DNA from: Lytechinus pictus
Lineage: Eukaryota
Length of the DNA stretch: 64,000 nucleotides
NCBI RefSeq assembly: GCF_037042905.1
Contig: NC_087256.1
Location: forward strand, 19,902,001-19,966,000
Reading direction: 5' to 3'
Shown here: positions 51,413 through 64,000 of the stretch, piece after piece
Layout: each line of letters begins with the position of its first letter
Position numbering within the stretch: position 1 is the stretch's first letter
Program-made: the position numbers and the translations under genes
Notes under the pieces: model-generated
The model's input: the letters and a program-made list of their open reading frames with translations, nothing else
Databases searched by the model: none
What the model was told of the DNA's origin: nothing

Positions 51413-52120
51413 ATGCATTTTCACCACTTAACAGCTGAGTATTTTGCTTAAGAATACATGTAGCTCCAATATCAGGCTTTGAAAATAGACTTTCTTGTAA
51501 ATGCTTTCACCAGCCTCGAGACCGTGACGTCATGTGTTAGAAGCGATATAATTCCATAGAGTTGTACACAGAAAAAGTGGGTGATTTTTCCCCTTTCTGA
51601 TTAATACGCATTTTATTTTCTTTACTCCTATCACATAGAGATATCATAAATGCCTTTTTCTGCAAGCTTGAATGATGAAATCTGCTGCTTTTGACTAGTT
51701 TTCATCATATCTTATTTCTTTCTTGTTTGGCAGAGCCTTCGAATTATTTCTGCATTCAGATTATGTGTAACAAGTTTACCTGACATAGCAATTTAGGCCC
51801 AATAAGAGCTAAGAACAGAAATCACAAATATCTAGTGAAGAGGTGGAGGTTTCCATCCATTCGAGCACTGAATAATTGTCATCGTCATCATTTTTCTGCA
51901 AATAAAAAAAAATCAAATTCAGAATCTGAAAAGCAGAAAAATAACCCTCTTTTTCAGTGTACAAGTCTATGAAATCACGACGCTTCTAACACAACATGAC
52001 GTCACGGGCTTGAGGCCGGAGAAAGGCAATGGGAGCCTTTTGTCCAAATCCTCCACGAAACCCATTAATTTTAATTTTTCTTAAGCAAAATACTCGGCTG
52101 TCAAGTGGGGAATATGCATA
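51413..52120. mobile_element. Old ~700-bp MITE with long (~200 bp) imperfect TIRs
   Basis: CCACTTAACAGCTGAGTATTTTGCTTAAGAA and CCGTGACGTCATG..TGTTAGAAGCG are mirrored at 51960-52110. Confidence 0.65.
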
Positions 52121-52599
52121 AAACTTACACTGTTGTACTATGTAACTTTATATACATATTTCCCATTTGTCAGTTGCACTCTTAACTCCGGTCGGGGTCT
52201 TTAATGAAAATAAAAGTGACATCATATTGACTTTTAGTGCAAATTTTTGGGGTTGAAATCTTTTAGTGCAAATTTTTGGGGTGAAATCATCAATGAATGG
52301 AAAAACGGACTCAATTTGGAGGTACATGTACATACATGAATAATTAGTAGGATTTCTTTTCTAATTACCACTACAGAGCCACGTGAAATGATGGCAACGT
52401 AAGTGGTAGTTAATGTGTGTTGTGTAATTTGTCCATGATAACTTGACTGAGGTATTCATGAAATGTAAGATGACTCAATCACTCTTCAACACAAATGGCA
52501 TCACATAGTTAGACACTGACAAAAGAGAGACAGGGAAAGACAAGGACAGAGAGAGAGAGAGACCTGAGTAGAGAGTGGAAAAGAGGACTCTGGCCAGAG

Positions 52600-53060
52600 T
52601 GGCGAAAGGGCGAGGAGTTGAGAGAGAGAGAGGGGGGGGTAAGGAGAGAAGGGAGAATAGTAAATGAGAAAGGGGGAGAGAGTAGGAGAGAGAATAAGGT
52701 TTGATAGAGGGACCGAGTGAGAGAGAGGGGGGGGGGGTGGTAAAGGAGAAAGGGGGAGAGAGTAGGAGAGAGAATTAGGTTTGATAGTTTAATAGAGGGA
52801 GAGATCGAGAGGGGGGGAGTGGTAAAGGAGAAAGGTGGAGAGAGTAGGAGAGAGAATTAGGTTTGATAGTTTAATAGAGGGAGAGAGAGAGAGGGGGGAG
52901 TGGTAAAGGAGAAAGGGGGAGAGAGTAGGAGAGAGAATTAGGTTTGATAGTTTAATAGAGGGAGAGAGAGAGAGGGGGGAGTGGTAAAGGAGAAAGGGGA
53001 GAGACCAAGATACAGTAGGCAAGAGAGAATAAAGTTTGATAGTAAAAGAGAGAGATGAGA
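52600..53060. repeat. GA-rich minisatellite, ~81-bp unit, ~5 copies
   Basis: Repeating GGAGAGAGTAGGAGAGAGAATTAGGTTTGATAGTTTAATAGAGGG..GTGGTAAAGGAGAAA. Confidence 0.85.
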
Positions 53061-53849
53061 GCAGGTGAGGAGAAAGGGAGAGAGAGAGCAAAAGAATAGA
53101 TGAGAGGTAGAGGGGAAAAAGGACAGTGTGGTGATTCTCCATGACACACACACTGGTACCATTCACATCCACATCAGTACTAGATTTCCCAGTGTCAGTG
53201 ATGGAGTTGCATCATTATAATTACCGTGAATCATCAGTTGTCTTCAAGGTCATGGACATGTGGGATGGAATAATTTGTGTATATTCAATACAAACACTTG
53301 CCTGGATTGAAAAATATGTTTGTTTGAAATGGTATGGATCAACTTTTTAATAAATATTTGGGAATCAAAAGAAATGTGTAGTGCAGGCCTTCATGTACAT
53401 GTACATCAAAGCTAAAATACTGGGCATGTACAAAACACCAATACCATTAAACAAGCATAATTAGTGTACATACAGGTATTTGCTCATGAAAATAATCAAG
53501 GAGGGGGGGGGGGTTGGAAGAAAAAGAAGGAGGAAAAGAGAAGGGGCCAGGGAAAGAGAAGAGAAGGGGCAAGAAGAGGAGAAATGAGAGGAAAAGGAGG
53601 AATGAGACTAAAAGGAGGAATGAGACTTATTGAGGAAGAGGAGGAGGGAGACAGAAGACAAGAAGAATTTCCCACATCATTTTCATATGAATAAAGATAA
53701 ATGTCCGTTGGTAGGCAATAAATCAATTTTCATTCTATTTGACAGTGAAAATCTGTCTACTTTCCTTCAATTTAATTTTCATTTTCTTGAATAAAATGAC
53801 TTACACATGGGCACGTAAATGTCTTCTACCCTCTCTGATAAAACTCAGT

Positions 53850-54175
53850 GGCCCGTATTCTGAAGTCGGGTTTAACTTAGACCATACTTGGACCATAGTC
53901 TAACTCTGTGCTGAAGTTATGGAAAGCCCAAAATGTCACAATTCTCCTTACATTATATGTTTCTTATGTTTACTGTGCTCTTTCCTACATGTAATTCATG
54001 AATGGTGAAGAAAGCTTTCTTATTTATCCTTAAGAAACCATTAAGTATGATTTGAGAGTAAAATGAGCTCATACATTGAAATTATACTGTTTGAGATATA
54101 ATTATGCCACTATTGGCTATCCATAGTTAAACCAAAACCATAGTTTAAATTTAACCCGACTTCAGAATACAGGCC
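53850..54175. mobile_element. Harbinger-like MITE (family of 5794-6409)
   Basis: TIRs GGCCCGTATTCTGAAGTCGGGTT / AACCCGACTTCAGAATACAGGCC; 3-bp TSD AGT. Confidence 0.8.
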
Positions 54176-54503
54176 AGTATCACTACTGGGGAGTGTTTCA
54201 TGGAAGGTCTTGTGGATGTTTTGTCCAAGAAAATCTAAGGAAAGCCAGCAACACCCACATCTAAAAGGCATGTTTGTTCAAGATGTTTTCTAGATTATGA
54301 TGTACAGTATATTTATAAATTCATCGTTCTCTTGACAAATTGGTGTGTTCGCCTTTGTTTACAAAGGACATTTTGCAAATTTCCTGTAGAAAAAATTATG
54401 ACATTGATGGCTTTCCATAAAATCTGATTTAACCAACATTTACCTGAGGAACAGACACCTGTTATTCTCTGCCAAACAGAATCAAAGAAAGTTGTCATAT
54501 CTG

Positions 54504-54778
54504 GGCCCTGTCTTACAAAGAGTTACGATTGATCCAATCAATCCTAATTCCATGGAAATACATCAATGTCATAATTTTTTCTACAGGAAATTTGCAAAAT
54601 GTCCTTTGTAAACAAAGGCGAACACACCAATTTGTCAAGAGAATGATGAATTTATAAATTACTGTACATCATAATCTAGAAAACATTTTGAACAAACATG
54701 CCTTTTAGATGTGGGTGTTGCTGGCTTTCCATAGTTGAGGTTGATCTGATCAATCGCAACTCTTTGTAAAACGTGGCT
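54504..54778. mobile_element. Harbinger-like MITE with CTG TSD
   Basis: TIRs ..TTACAAAGAGTTACGATTGATC / GATCAATCGCAACTCTTTGTAA; CTG on both sides. Confidence 0.75.
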
Positions 54779-55564
54779 CTGACAGATTGTTGGAGGAAAA
54801 TTAGTTCTGAAATTCTCTTAGGTATCTGTACTGCTTTTACAATAATTTTCAGTTGAAAATTGTCATTTTCCTTGAAGAGGGACAGAAATCAGAGAGGAGG
54901 AAAAGAATTTAGTTTAGAATACCCATACATGTAAAATGTTTATTTCATTTCACCATGTGAACATGTCTCGGTAACCTAATAAGCTAAAGGATATGATTAA
55001 TGGCACTTCCAAAATTGGCAAAATCAAGCCAAAACAAAAATGCCCATAATTTGTATGCCTATATCCCTTACATGCATCGCACACACAGCCTTCTACCAGC
55101 ATAAAGCACAAACTTTGGATCTTCGATGTCAAGTGCCTGCTGCTCTGATCAACTAAAACCTGTTTTTGATCATTGACATAATTATCAGATTTCATATTTG
55201 ATCTTTCTGGCGTGCTCGGGCATGCTGGCCGAGCTGCAAAAAGTGGACGGGAGCATTTGTTAGCAGAGGGGGGCAGGAAGTGTGAAAACTTTTGTGAAAG
55301 GTTTTTGGTTGGCTATATATAATTCACATTCATTCACAAAGGAGGTCTTGTTTGCACAGTGTATATTATTGACTGATATCTGTTGATAGAAGTGTGTTTG
55401 CGAACAGTTTCTAGTCTCTCTGTCTGAACTTGGTGAGACCATTTCTCTGTATGTATTACACTGATTCTCATGGAAAGTCTATGGTGTGGATGTATCCGGT
55501 TATCAGTCAGGTGATCGATGAAATTTGGAGAAGTTTTCGATTTCTTGCCTACATCCAAAGAATA

Positions 55565-58500
55565 ATGGCATCGGGGAGTAGAAAGAGAAAGCGTGTTGAA
55601 TTTGCCTTGGGTAAGTTGTTTCATCGTCCGAGTTTTCACTGCATGTGTGTCAGGAATTGTTGTCTATATACATGTATGCAGTATCTTGTGGAGTTCAGAT
55701 ACTTTGGACAGTTCACCCTTCCCACCAAACGAATATCAAACCCGAGTGTAGAATGGCTTGGCTGGGATGACATCCAGCACTAGTACTCTTCCGAGTCTAC
55801 ACTCTACTGTACAATGTACCTGTATTGTTTTTGTTTTAATAACAAGGAAAGAAGCCAAGGAGGTTGCTAGTACAACTTCATATTCAACATTAATTCTGCA
55901 GGTTTTTTTTAATGTTGTTGTTATTATGGGTGGGGCATAATGTACACTAAAAACCTTCCATACCTAGCAAGGGTTTTGTTATGCCTCAACCAGCAAAAAT
56001 TACGATTTTAACAAATTTTCTGCTTTTTCTGACTTTATGTAGCATCTGCATGTAAATACTCATTGATTTTAGATCCTTGTTAGCAAAATGTCTTTTCATT
56101 TATGTTTTACCTCTTTTAATTTTTTTCCATTTCAGATATATCACCTGTTGGTATAAGCTTGACCAGTGAGAACTGTTGTAGCCAGGATGACCAGTCATAT
56201 CACACACAACTGGGTTTTGTCCTGGTCAATCCAGAGGACACAGTTGTCAGTGACCTGAGAGGGGTCATCGGCCAACAACTTGAGACTGTGCCAGTCAATT
56301 ACAGGTTTCTCACAAAACAAGGGTAAATATGACAATTTGAATGATTGCAAGTTTCAAAGGAGAAAAACAAATGTAACATAGCTGCTCTTCCCTTCTAAAT
56401 ACTGGTACATACCAGACTTTTTGTTGATTGTGTAATTTGAAGCTCAAAATTTGATTACAGAGTTTTAGAAATATGCTTAGCTTGTGTCAGAGTAAGAATG
56501 CCCCTAGCAAAACATTTAGAGGCACCCCACCATTTGCATCGACATGACAAACTATGAACGAGACTTCTCACATTATATTGACCAATATTGTGAAATAAAT
56601 ATGGTTAGATTTTGTAGCCTCATACATATGCAGATAAATGGGACTTTATAGTTCAGAAGAATTCCTGTTTAAAATAATGTCCTATAAAGTGTTCAGTTCA
56701 GTATAAAAGGAAATAGGAAATTGTATTTACTTTTGCCATAACCAGTACATGTATCATATTTTTTTCCTAAGTGATATATGACAATGACATACTCGGTGAG
56801 ACCACATGCACTATATATGAACACACGATCATAGTTACTGTCAACAAGGCAAGGTTCATTTTGGACAAGTAGTATTTACCCATTCATTGTTTAGAATTGT
56901 ATTGTGGGCTTCTTGTACTAGAAATTGTTTAATTTCCACTTCTGAAAAAAAAGGAGTGCAGATAACATACTTTCTGTTTGTGTTTATGGTAACTCCCGCA
57001 GATACTCTACATAATTATGCCATAGAGGATCATACATAACAAATAAGGCACAAATTGTAACAAATTTACTGTAGGTAATGCATTAGTCTGCAAGCACAGG
57101 CTCATAATTGACACTTTAACCAATTACATGTATACCATGTCTAGATTGAAGACTAGATGCCAAACTGTCTGTCTGTGTCAGAGCAGAGCCCGGGGGGGGG
57201 GGGGGGCAGTCAAATATATTGCTGTGCACACCCGTGACCAAAAAATGCGTTTAAAGGGGTGTTTTTTCAGTTTTGGACGCGGTCCGCGCGTGGACTCGTT
57301 AAGGGTATCAAAAACACAGATTTTGAAGAAAAAGGGTGGTTTTGAAAGACTGGTCAATGGTCAATCGCGGGGTCAAACTTATTTACGGTATGTTTTTTTC
57401 CCCAAAGCTTTTTTTTTTTAAGGCTAGATCTAGCCAAATGTGTTTAGGGTATGTTTTTTTTCCCCAAGCTTTTTCCCTGAGGTCATATTTTGGCGACATC
57501 TTGTTTAGGGGCCAAAATGTGTAAATTAAGCCTGCGAAAAACTTGTTTTGGGGGTTATTTTGCACACAGAGAAAAACTCGTTTAGGGGGTGTTTGGAAAT
57601 TTCTTGGTCACGCGTGTGTACAGCAATATATTTGACTACCCCCTCCCCCGAGTGTCAGAGCCAGCCACAATACATAGTGAATCTAGTCTCACTACTTCAG
57701 ACTCTGCATTATGCACTATGCAAACTGTCATATCACTAGATGATATCGATATGACAGCTCTTGCAATTTATGTCGCCACTTTTCACATTTAAATTCATAC
57801 ATGGAATAAATTTCTAACAGCAAAATATATGATACAAAAATCATAGCTAATTATATTTGATAGTACACATTGATATACAAAGAATAAGGAAGTTTATTAT
57901 TTTGAAAATTTCAATGTCTTGACCCCTATGAATGAAAGCAATCAAAAGGTTTTATAATGTATTTATAAATACATGTACACTGTTGATTTTTAAGCTGAAA
58001 TAGAAACTGGAATTCCAGAAAACAGTCAATCCACACAAACACACACTATTACCCCTTTGGCATTAATAGTTCATACAGAGCTTTGCTTTTGATGTTGTTT
58101 CCATAGTTTCAAAACCCCTTTCTGTAATTTTTCCTCTTTTTGTAAATAAATCATGTTCATGAAAAGGGATCTTATAGAAAGAAAAATTCAATATTTTGTT
58201 TAGTAGTAGCCATACTTTGGCAATAGTAATCATGCACATGAAAAGGGTTATATGTGAAACAGAAACAAAATCTTTATATTCAAGCATTGCTTTTTTAGAA
58301 GAAATTTAAAGAAAGAAAGATGAAAGATTTAAAATGAAAACAAATGGCAATGAAAAGGATAATAATAACACCTGGGGCCTGTAACATAAAGCTAATAGCG
58401 ATTGATCTTGGCACTAATAAGCCAGTTCATAGTTCCACTCTGCGCATGATCAGAAGATTCTACGCATGATCAGAGGAAAGTCATTGGTACTAAAGTGACG

Positions 58501-61500
58501 TGGTGGTTTAAAATTTAATGAGATAAGCACCAATTTTGATGTCTTGATTATTCATATATTCTTTTCAATTAATAATAATAATAATAACCCAGTTCTTGTA
58601 TAGCGTCATAACGTCCCTATGCGCTTCCAAAGGACTTGGATATTGTGTTTTTCATTTACATCCACAAAAAAACAATGCGTCCACGAATGACTGGTATATT
58701 TCACAGTTTGCCATGTACATTGTACAACATGCTCTAATATGCATTCAAAGTAGAAATGCAACAAATACCTTCATAGAGCGTTCATTAATGTGCTATTCTA
58801 GTCACTTGGTCTATTTGATTTCTTCATACTGCTATGTAAGGCAAGCTTACGTAATACCTTGCTTTGAAATCTGCCTATCATAATGAAAGAAATGAAAGGT
58901 CATTTGACCAAAATTGTCCATGAAGTAACTACGTACTGGTCTATTTTTATAAAGGATCATACACAATAATCAATGCAATCAGTAATAGATATTAGCCCCA
59001 TGATCAATTGCTAACCTTTACATTACTGGGTCCTGGTCTTAAAGAGAAATTCCAGTAGTTGCAGTAAACACTGATTTCATGAGAAAGTCTGTAAAACCAG
59101 GCTTAATTGTCAGTATATCATCGAGGATCTAGATCTGGTACAGTTACATAAACTGAACTTTGTGAAATCTTGAAATCTACGCTGAAAAATGTTCAGACTG
59201 AACTTCCCCAACACAGATAAGCGCACGTGGGACAGTGTATAATTATTGCTTTGAGCGTCCAGCCCGACGCTCTACCCGAATCCTGTGCTTATTTGCTGAT
59301 TTCTCAGCAATTACACAATTTCTTCCAGAATCCTTTGGCACATGCGTTTTATTTATACAAACAGACACTTTGGTGGTCATTTCATTGGATTCTGTACGAA
59401 CTCATTTTGATATCGTTACCAAAACTAGCATTTACCTTTAAATGGCTTGGATTGTTGAGGTGAGGATGAGAGTTGAAAGGAGAATCTTCTTTCGATGATT
59501 ATTTTGTATTTCATTCTTTCATAGCTGGTCTGTCAGACAGAAGCAGGAGCCTCAGATCAAAGCATCTCATCTCGTCACAGAGGAAGGGCTTATCAGAATA
59601 CAACGGGATTATGGTAAGTAAGCTCGCTCGTTTCATATTTCCAGACTACGTCAGACAAATTAACCTCAGAATAAGTTTAGAGAGATAGTTGGCCGAAAAT
59701 TGTTTGCTACGATTTTCTGATCCATAAACAACAGTACCAATCTAAGCAAGCACTCTGCGGAGTGGATATTAGTGCTCTTTAAGTCGCATTATTACTGTTG
59801 TTTCTGATATTTAGAAAAATGCATTCCATATTTACACATATGATATAGGAACTGATGCTGCTTTTCCCCCTTTACTTCCTCTGTGAGTGTTATTTTTACG
59901 AATCTAAAATTCTCTTATGCAATGCCAATTTCTTGAAATTTTAACAAAAATTGCAATTTGCTACATGTATATTCAAAAGTTTATTAATACTCTCCTTTGA
60001 TTTCATCTCACTGTAATGTGGGATTTCTCATTCTTTGTTTTATTTTATATATTTGCTATATGTTTGTTGTTTGTATTTTATCAATATTTGAACTATTTGC
60101 TGAGAAATGGATAGTGATAATGTAAAGTCTTGACCTCTGTCCTATTAACCCCTCTATTTATTGTTAATGTAGGAGAACCACGTGTCGGTGTGATCTGTGA
60201 AACAGGGCCGGCTCTTGGCTTTGTCTTCATGTCGTCTCTACAACTCACTATTAACAAGCTACGTCAAGCCATTCTTGCCCAAGTGAGTAATGGCCGGGGT
60301 AACAAGACGTTTGCTCTTGCAACAGATTGCTCCTCCTATTATAAAAAGTTTTTATGAAATGGGACCCAGATTGAGGTAAGAATTAGGATTAAGGTTAAAA
60401 TTAGGATTGAAGTTCCGGTTCATGTCATGCTTAAATGTGTGAATTTTCGGTTGGAGCAATCTTCATAGGAGCAAACGTCATGAAACCGGTGACTAACGGT
60501 GATGATTTTGTAGTTTTCAAAGTTGTTTGTTACAGTGTTGGATGTCCAGTTTGTTTTCTTGTACACTCTATTCCCCTCGTTTCAGTATAGTGCATATTTT
60601 TTCCTTCAACCGACCCAACTCTTTAGTTTTCAATGTTGTTGGTCTCAGTGTTAGATGTCTAGTTTGTTTTCTTGTTTTCTTATCTGAACATATACTTGTA
60701 CATGTTTATATTTCTTGTCAACCAACCTGAGTTTGTAGTTCTCAAAAGTTGTTGGTAGCACAGGCAGTGTTGAATATCCCCTGGGACCAGTTTCAGAAAG
60801 AGGTGCAAATTAAATGCAACTGAAAAAAATCAATCGCATGACCTGAATGCATGCTTTTGATTGGTTGAATATCAAGTTGTGTATGACTTTATTCCTCTAT
60901 CTGTCATTGGCCCTAGATTGTTTTCTTGTATTCTCTTCTGAATATTATGAATGAGTTTTTGCTGTATGGAGGATTCAAGAACACAGTTTGCAAATGCCTA
61001 TCAGATGACAAAGAACATCTAAGTCTTTGTCGAAAATTGGTGAACCGGAACCACAGTTTCATCCTAAATTTCAGAGCTGATGAAAACTTGCAAATATATA
61101 GTATGTTCAGAGTCAAGGACAGAAGTACTGTTTCGAATAGCCAATTTCCGACAAAGACTACGTGGTTGTTCTTTGTCACGAAGGGCATTTGACAATACAT
61201 TTTCTCTGTTCTTGAACCTTCTGTACATCTCGAGCGAAAACCTGTCTTTTTTCTCCTTTTTACCCCTGAATGTTATTCTCTTTCTATTTGATTTTAATAT
61301 ACATGTAATACAAATTTTTCACAGACCCTTCTTATTTTTGTTTGGGCATAGGGTCTGTTAACTGTGCAGGGAATAATTTTCCTGGTATTGCATCGCAATT
61401 TGCTCCACGTTTTTGAAAGACTGCTATGCATATTAAAGTCTTTTTGTATAGCATATTTTTACATAGGACTGTACATTACTTAGTTGAGAGCTTTTCTCTT

Positions 61501-62973
61501 ATGAACAAAAATGCTATTCAAATTTGTAAAGCAAAATTATTCCCTGCTGTGTTGTATATCCTTGTAGCTGTACTAGCAGTGTTTGACCTGGTTTTTGTCC
61601 TGGTAATTGGTTCTCTTCAGAACTCCCAAATACTAACTTTGCATCCTCTTTAGTTTGCATGTGATTTCCTCATGTGTATGCAACTGTTTTTAATTAATTT
61701 TGATATCCCTGCGTGCACCATACAAGGGAATACACAGCCTATTACAGCTGTTGGCAAGCAGTTCTTCCTTCCTGTTTCTCTCAAATATATCTCCTTTTTA
61801 TGTTCTTTTTTTTTGTATGACACATTGAATTTCTTTATTGGTTCACCATTATTCATGGTTTCACTTTGTCAATACCACCTCTTGAAAAAAAAAAAGAATA
61901 TTATATATATGTATATGGAAAACTATTTTGCATACTGCTTCTGATTCCTTTGAACGGTTCACTTAATTCTATTTACATGTACAACTTTTCATATTACAGA
62001 GATTTTCGGTTTAATTTATTTTATTCTATAAAAGAAAGAGAATTCTTCAAAATATTAATTAAGTTAAATATAAAATGATTAAACTTTAATGTTGAATATT
62101 TTAATCGTTAAAATCTACCTTATTTGTTTAACTTGCACAGTAGTATATAAATAATGTACATAGCAGTTGAGTTTGGAATCTTTTTTAAATGCACCCCGGG
62201 GAGTGGAGAGAGGGCATACATTGTGTTTGGGCAACCCAGCATGCGTTGACCAGTGTAATAATTAAAAGCACTAAGAGACATTGTTCTGGGGCCCGTTTCA
62301 TAAAGGACTTGCAACTTTGCCATAATGGCAACTACCATGGTAACAGGGCTCAGCAGCCAATCAGAATCAAGGTTTCCATGGTAGTTGCCATAATGGCAAA
62401 GTTACAACAGTTGCAAGTCCTTTATGAAATGGGCCCCTGATCTTTAAAGGAGAACATTAATATTGATACTCAGGATGTGTGATTCTGTTACAAAACCTGA
62501 ACCTGTATAGTCAAAATTTGTGAAGTCCAAAATGTTGTTTGATTTGCATGCATGTCACCATATGTTTAACCCCGCCCCCCATGGTTGTCATACATGTAGA
62601 AAAGCATGCTGTCATCTGTTTTTACATTGTCCCTGCTTGCATGGCTACAGGTATTGGGGTTTTCAACCAAGAAATGCCTATTTGTCATGAAAAATTGTAT
62701 CACTTGACTCTATTTTTCAAAAAAATATTTTGCTGGTGATTGTTTTTATCTTTCAGCTCTTTACATTGATTTTGCAGATAAATGTATTTGTTTTTTCAGA
62801 TGTTGACCTTATTTTTCCTTATTTAATCCTATTTTGGTGTGTATGTATTACATGTGCATTCTTTTTATCAGTCTAAAGATGTATCCATTGTGTTGCCGGG
62901 TCCTTCCAGCTCACAGCCGAGCCAAGATTCAAACAAGTTTGACCCCACCCAATCAGAATCTTCCCCCTGCTCT
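55565..62973 (+). CDS. Uncharacterised multi-exon gene, 5' part. Exons 55565-55610, 56136-56322, 59525-59613, 60173-60282 and probably 62872-62973; continues beyond the window
   Basis: Phase-consistent GT-AG exons give MASGSRKRKRVEFAL-DISPVGISLTSENCCSQDDQSYHTQLGFVLVNPEDTVVSDLRGVIGQQLETVPVNYRFLTKQG-WSVRQKQEPQIKASHLVTEEGLIRIQRDY-GEPRVGVICETGPALGFVFMSSLQLTINKLRQAILAQ-SKDVSIVLPGPSSSQ... The internal repeat VG(I/V)..LGFV..LR..I..Q supports coding status. Confidence 0.7.
57189..57652. mobile_element. MITE with CCCGGG/poly-G termini
   Basis: TIRs G.AGTCAAATATATTGCTGT.CACAC.CGTGACCAA mirrored at ~57603-57650. Confidence 0.7.
58375..59032. mobile_element. Degenerate Harbinger-like MITE (CTG flanks)
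   Basis: GGGCCTGTAACATAAAG..AGCGATTGATC / GATCAATTGCTAACCTTTACATTAC.. Confidence 0.5.
59043..59437. mobile_element. Kolobok-type MITE
   Basis: TTAA flanks; imperfect TIRs AGAGAAATTCCAGT / ACTAGCATTTACCT. Confidence 0.6.
62289..62436. mobile_element. 148-bp Harbinger-like palindromic MITE
   Basis: TIRs GGGCCC(G/A)TTTCATAAAGGACTTGCAACT; CTG TSD. Confidence 0.85.
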
Positions 62974-63005
62974 GTAAGTTGAAATTATAACCAAAATATT
63001 GTTTA

Positions 63006-63592
63006 AGGACCAGTCCACCCCAACAAACGGTTGCTTTGAATGAAAGAAGAAATTCCCAACAAGCATAACACTGACAATTTCATCATCATCGGATGTAAAA
63101 TAAGAAAGTTATGACATTTAAAATTTTTGCTTAATTTCACAAAACATCCTAGTTGGTATGTGAATGAGGGGACTGATGACGTCACCCACTCACTATTTCT
63201 TTTGTATTTCTTTATAAGAAATATTTTGATTTTCTCATTGTCATGTGAAACAATGATTTCTTCTTCCCTGAACATGTGGAATTACCTTTACACATTTTGT
63301 GGTTCAGTCAAGTTGGAAATTATTGTCATACTGTATCTGTGAAAAAAAGTGAAATATTGTATAATTCAAACAATAAAAAACAGCAGATATAGTGTGTGAG
63401 GGACATCAAAAATTCTCTCATTTGCATATCACTGAGTTGTGCATATAACTATTTTGTGAAAAATAAGCAAAACTTTAAACTGTCAAAACTTTTTTTATTT
63501 TACATGCGATTTTGATGAAATTTTCAGCATTATGCTAGTTTTATTTTTTGTATAGATTCAAATCAACATTTTTTCTGGGGTGGACTTGACCT
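63006..63592. mobile_element. Kolobok-like MITE (~590 bp)
   Basis: Termini AGGACCAGTCCACCCCA / TGGGGTGGACTTGACCT; internal inverted TGACGTCA-CACTCAC modules; TTAA at the left end. Confidence 0.7.
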
Positions 63593-64000
63593 TTCTTTAA
63601 CTCTATTCAAAATGTATCTATCATTACATGGACCATTGTATAATGAAAAGGAAGTGAGTATCTTGCATGGGTGTGTTGGCATGTCATTCATGTCTATTAA
63701 AGTTTACTAATCTTTTCATTATTTCAAGAATTATTCATTTCCATATTATGATTTTATCATTATTGATCAAGGTTTCATTAGGAAAAAAAATATATAAAGG
63801 CCTAACCCATTATTTCTTATAAAAAATGTGAAAAAAGCTAACAATGACATGAACTTACTAATACATTGTGAATTGCATTTCTTTTTTCAGTCTAAAAATG
63901 TTTGAAAATACGAATGCCCCTATCCCCCACTGACTTCCCTTCTTTCTCCTACCCCCCCCCACCCCCTCACTCCATTCCCTACTTGTACTTTGCGAAGTTT

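Noticed and set aside
63891-63905. Acceptor TTTTCAG|TCTAAA as the next exon of the downstream gene
   Set aside because: Phase-0 reading hits TGA after 4 codons; cannot tell a real terminal exon from chance.

Overview
AT-rich, intron-containing eukaryotic (metazoan) DNA. The repeat landscape suggests a sea urchin or other echinoderm, but that is an inference. The core is a tandem cluster of five secreted pancreatic-lipase-family genes (~9.7-45.5 kb): one on the minus strand, head-to-head with four on the plus strand. All exon structures were built by hand from GT-AG boundaries with consistent phases. Each gene has a signal-peptide exon and the Ser-Asp-His triad, but only a 7-8 residue mini-lid, a short beta9 loop and no C-terminal PLAT domain. 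This is a phospholipase A1/galactolipase-like architecture. Paralog 2 carries a 4-bp frameshift exactly in the GxSxG motif. A spliced gene of unknown function with an internally repeated domain begins at 55.6 kb, and a possible terminal exon of an upstream gene lies at 5.3 kb. Non-coding DNA is dense in DNA transposons: a >4.3 kb foldback palindrome at the window start, a decayed Tc1 nested in a MITE that sits in a splice donor, nested hAT-type MITEs with 8-bp TSDs, Harbinger-type and Kolobok-type MITEs, a ~490-bp near-perfect hairpin and a locally templated inverted insertion. There are two assembly gaps. Most ORFs in the supplied track are spurious.
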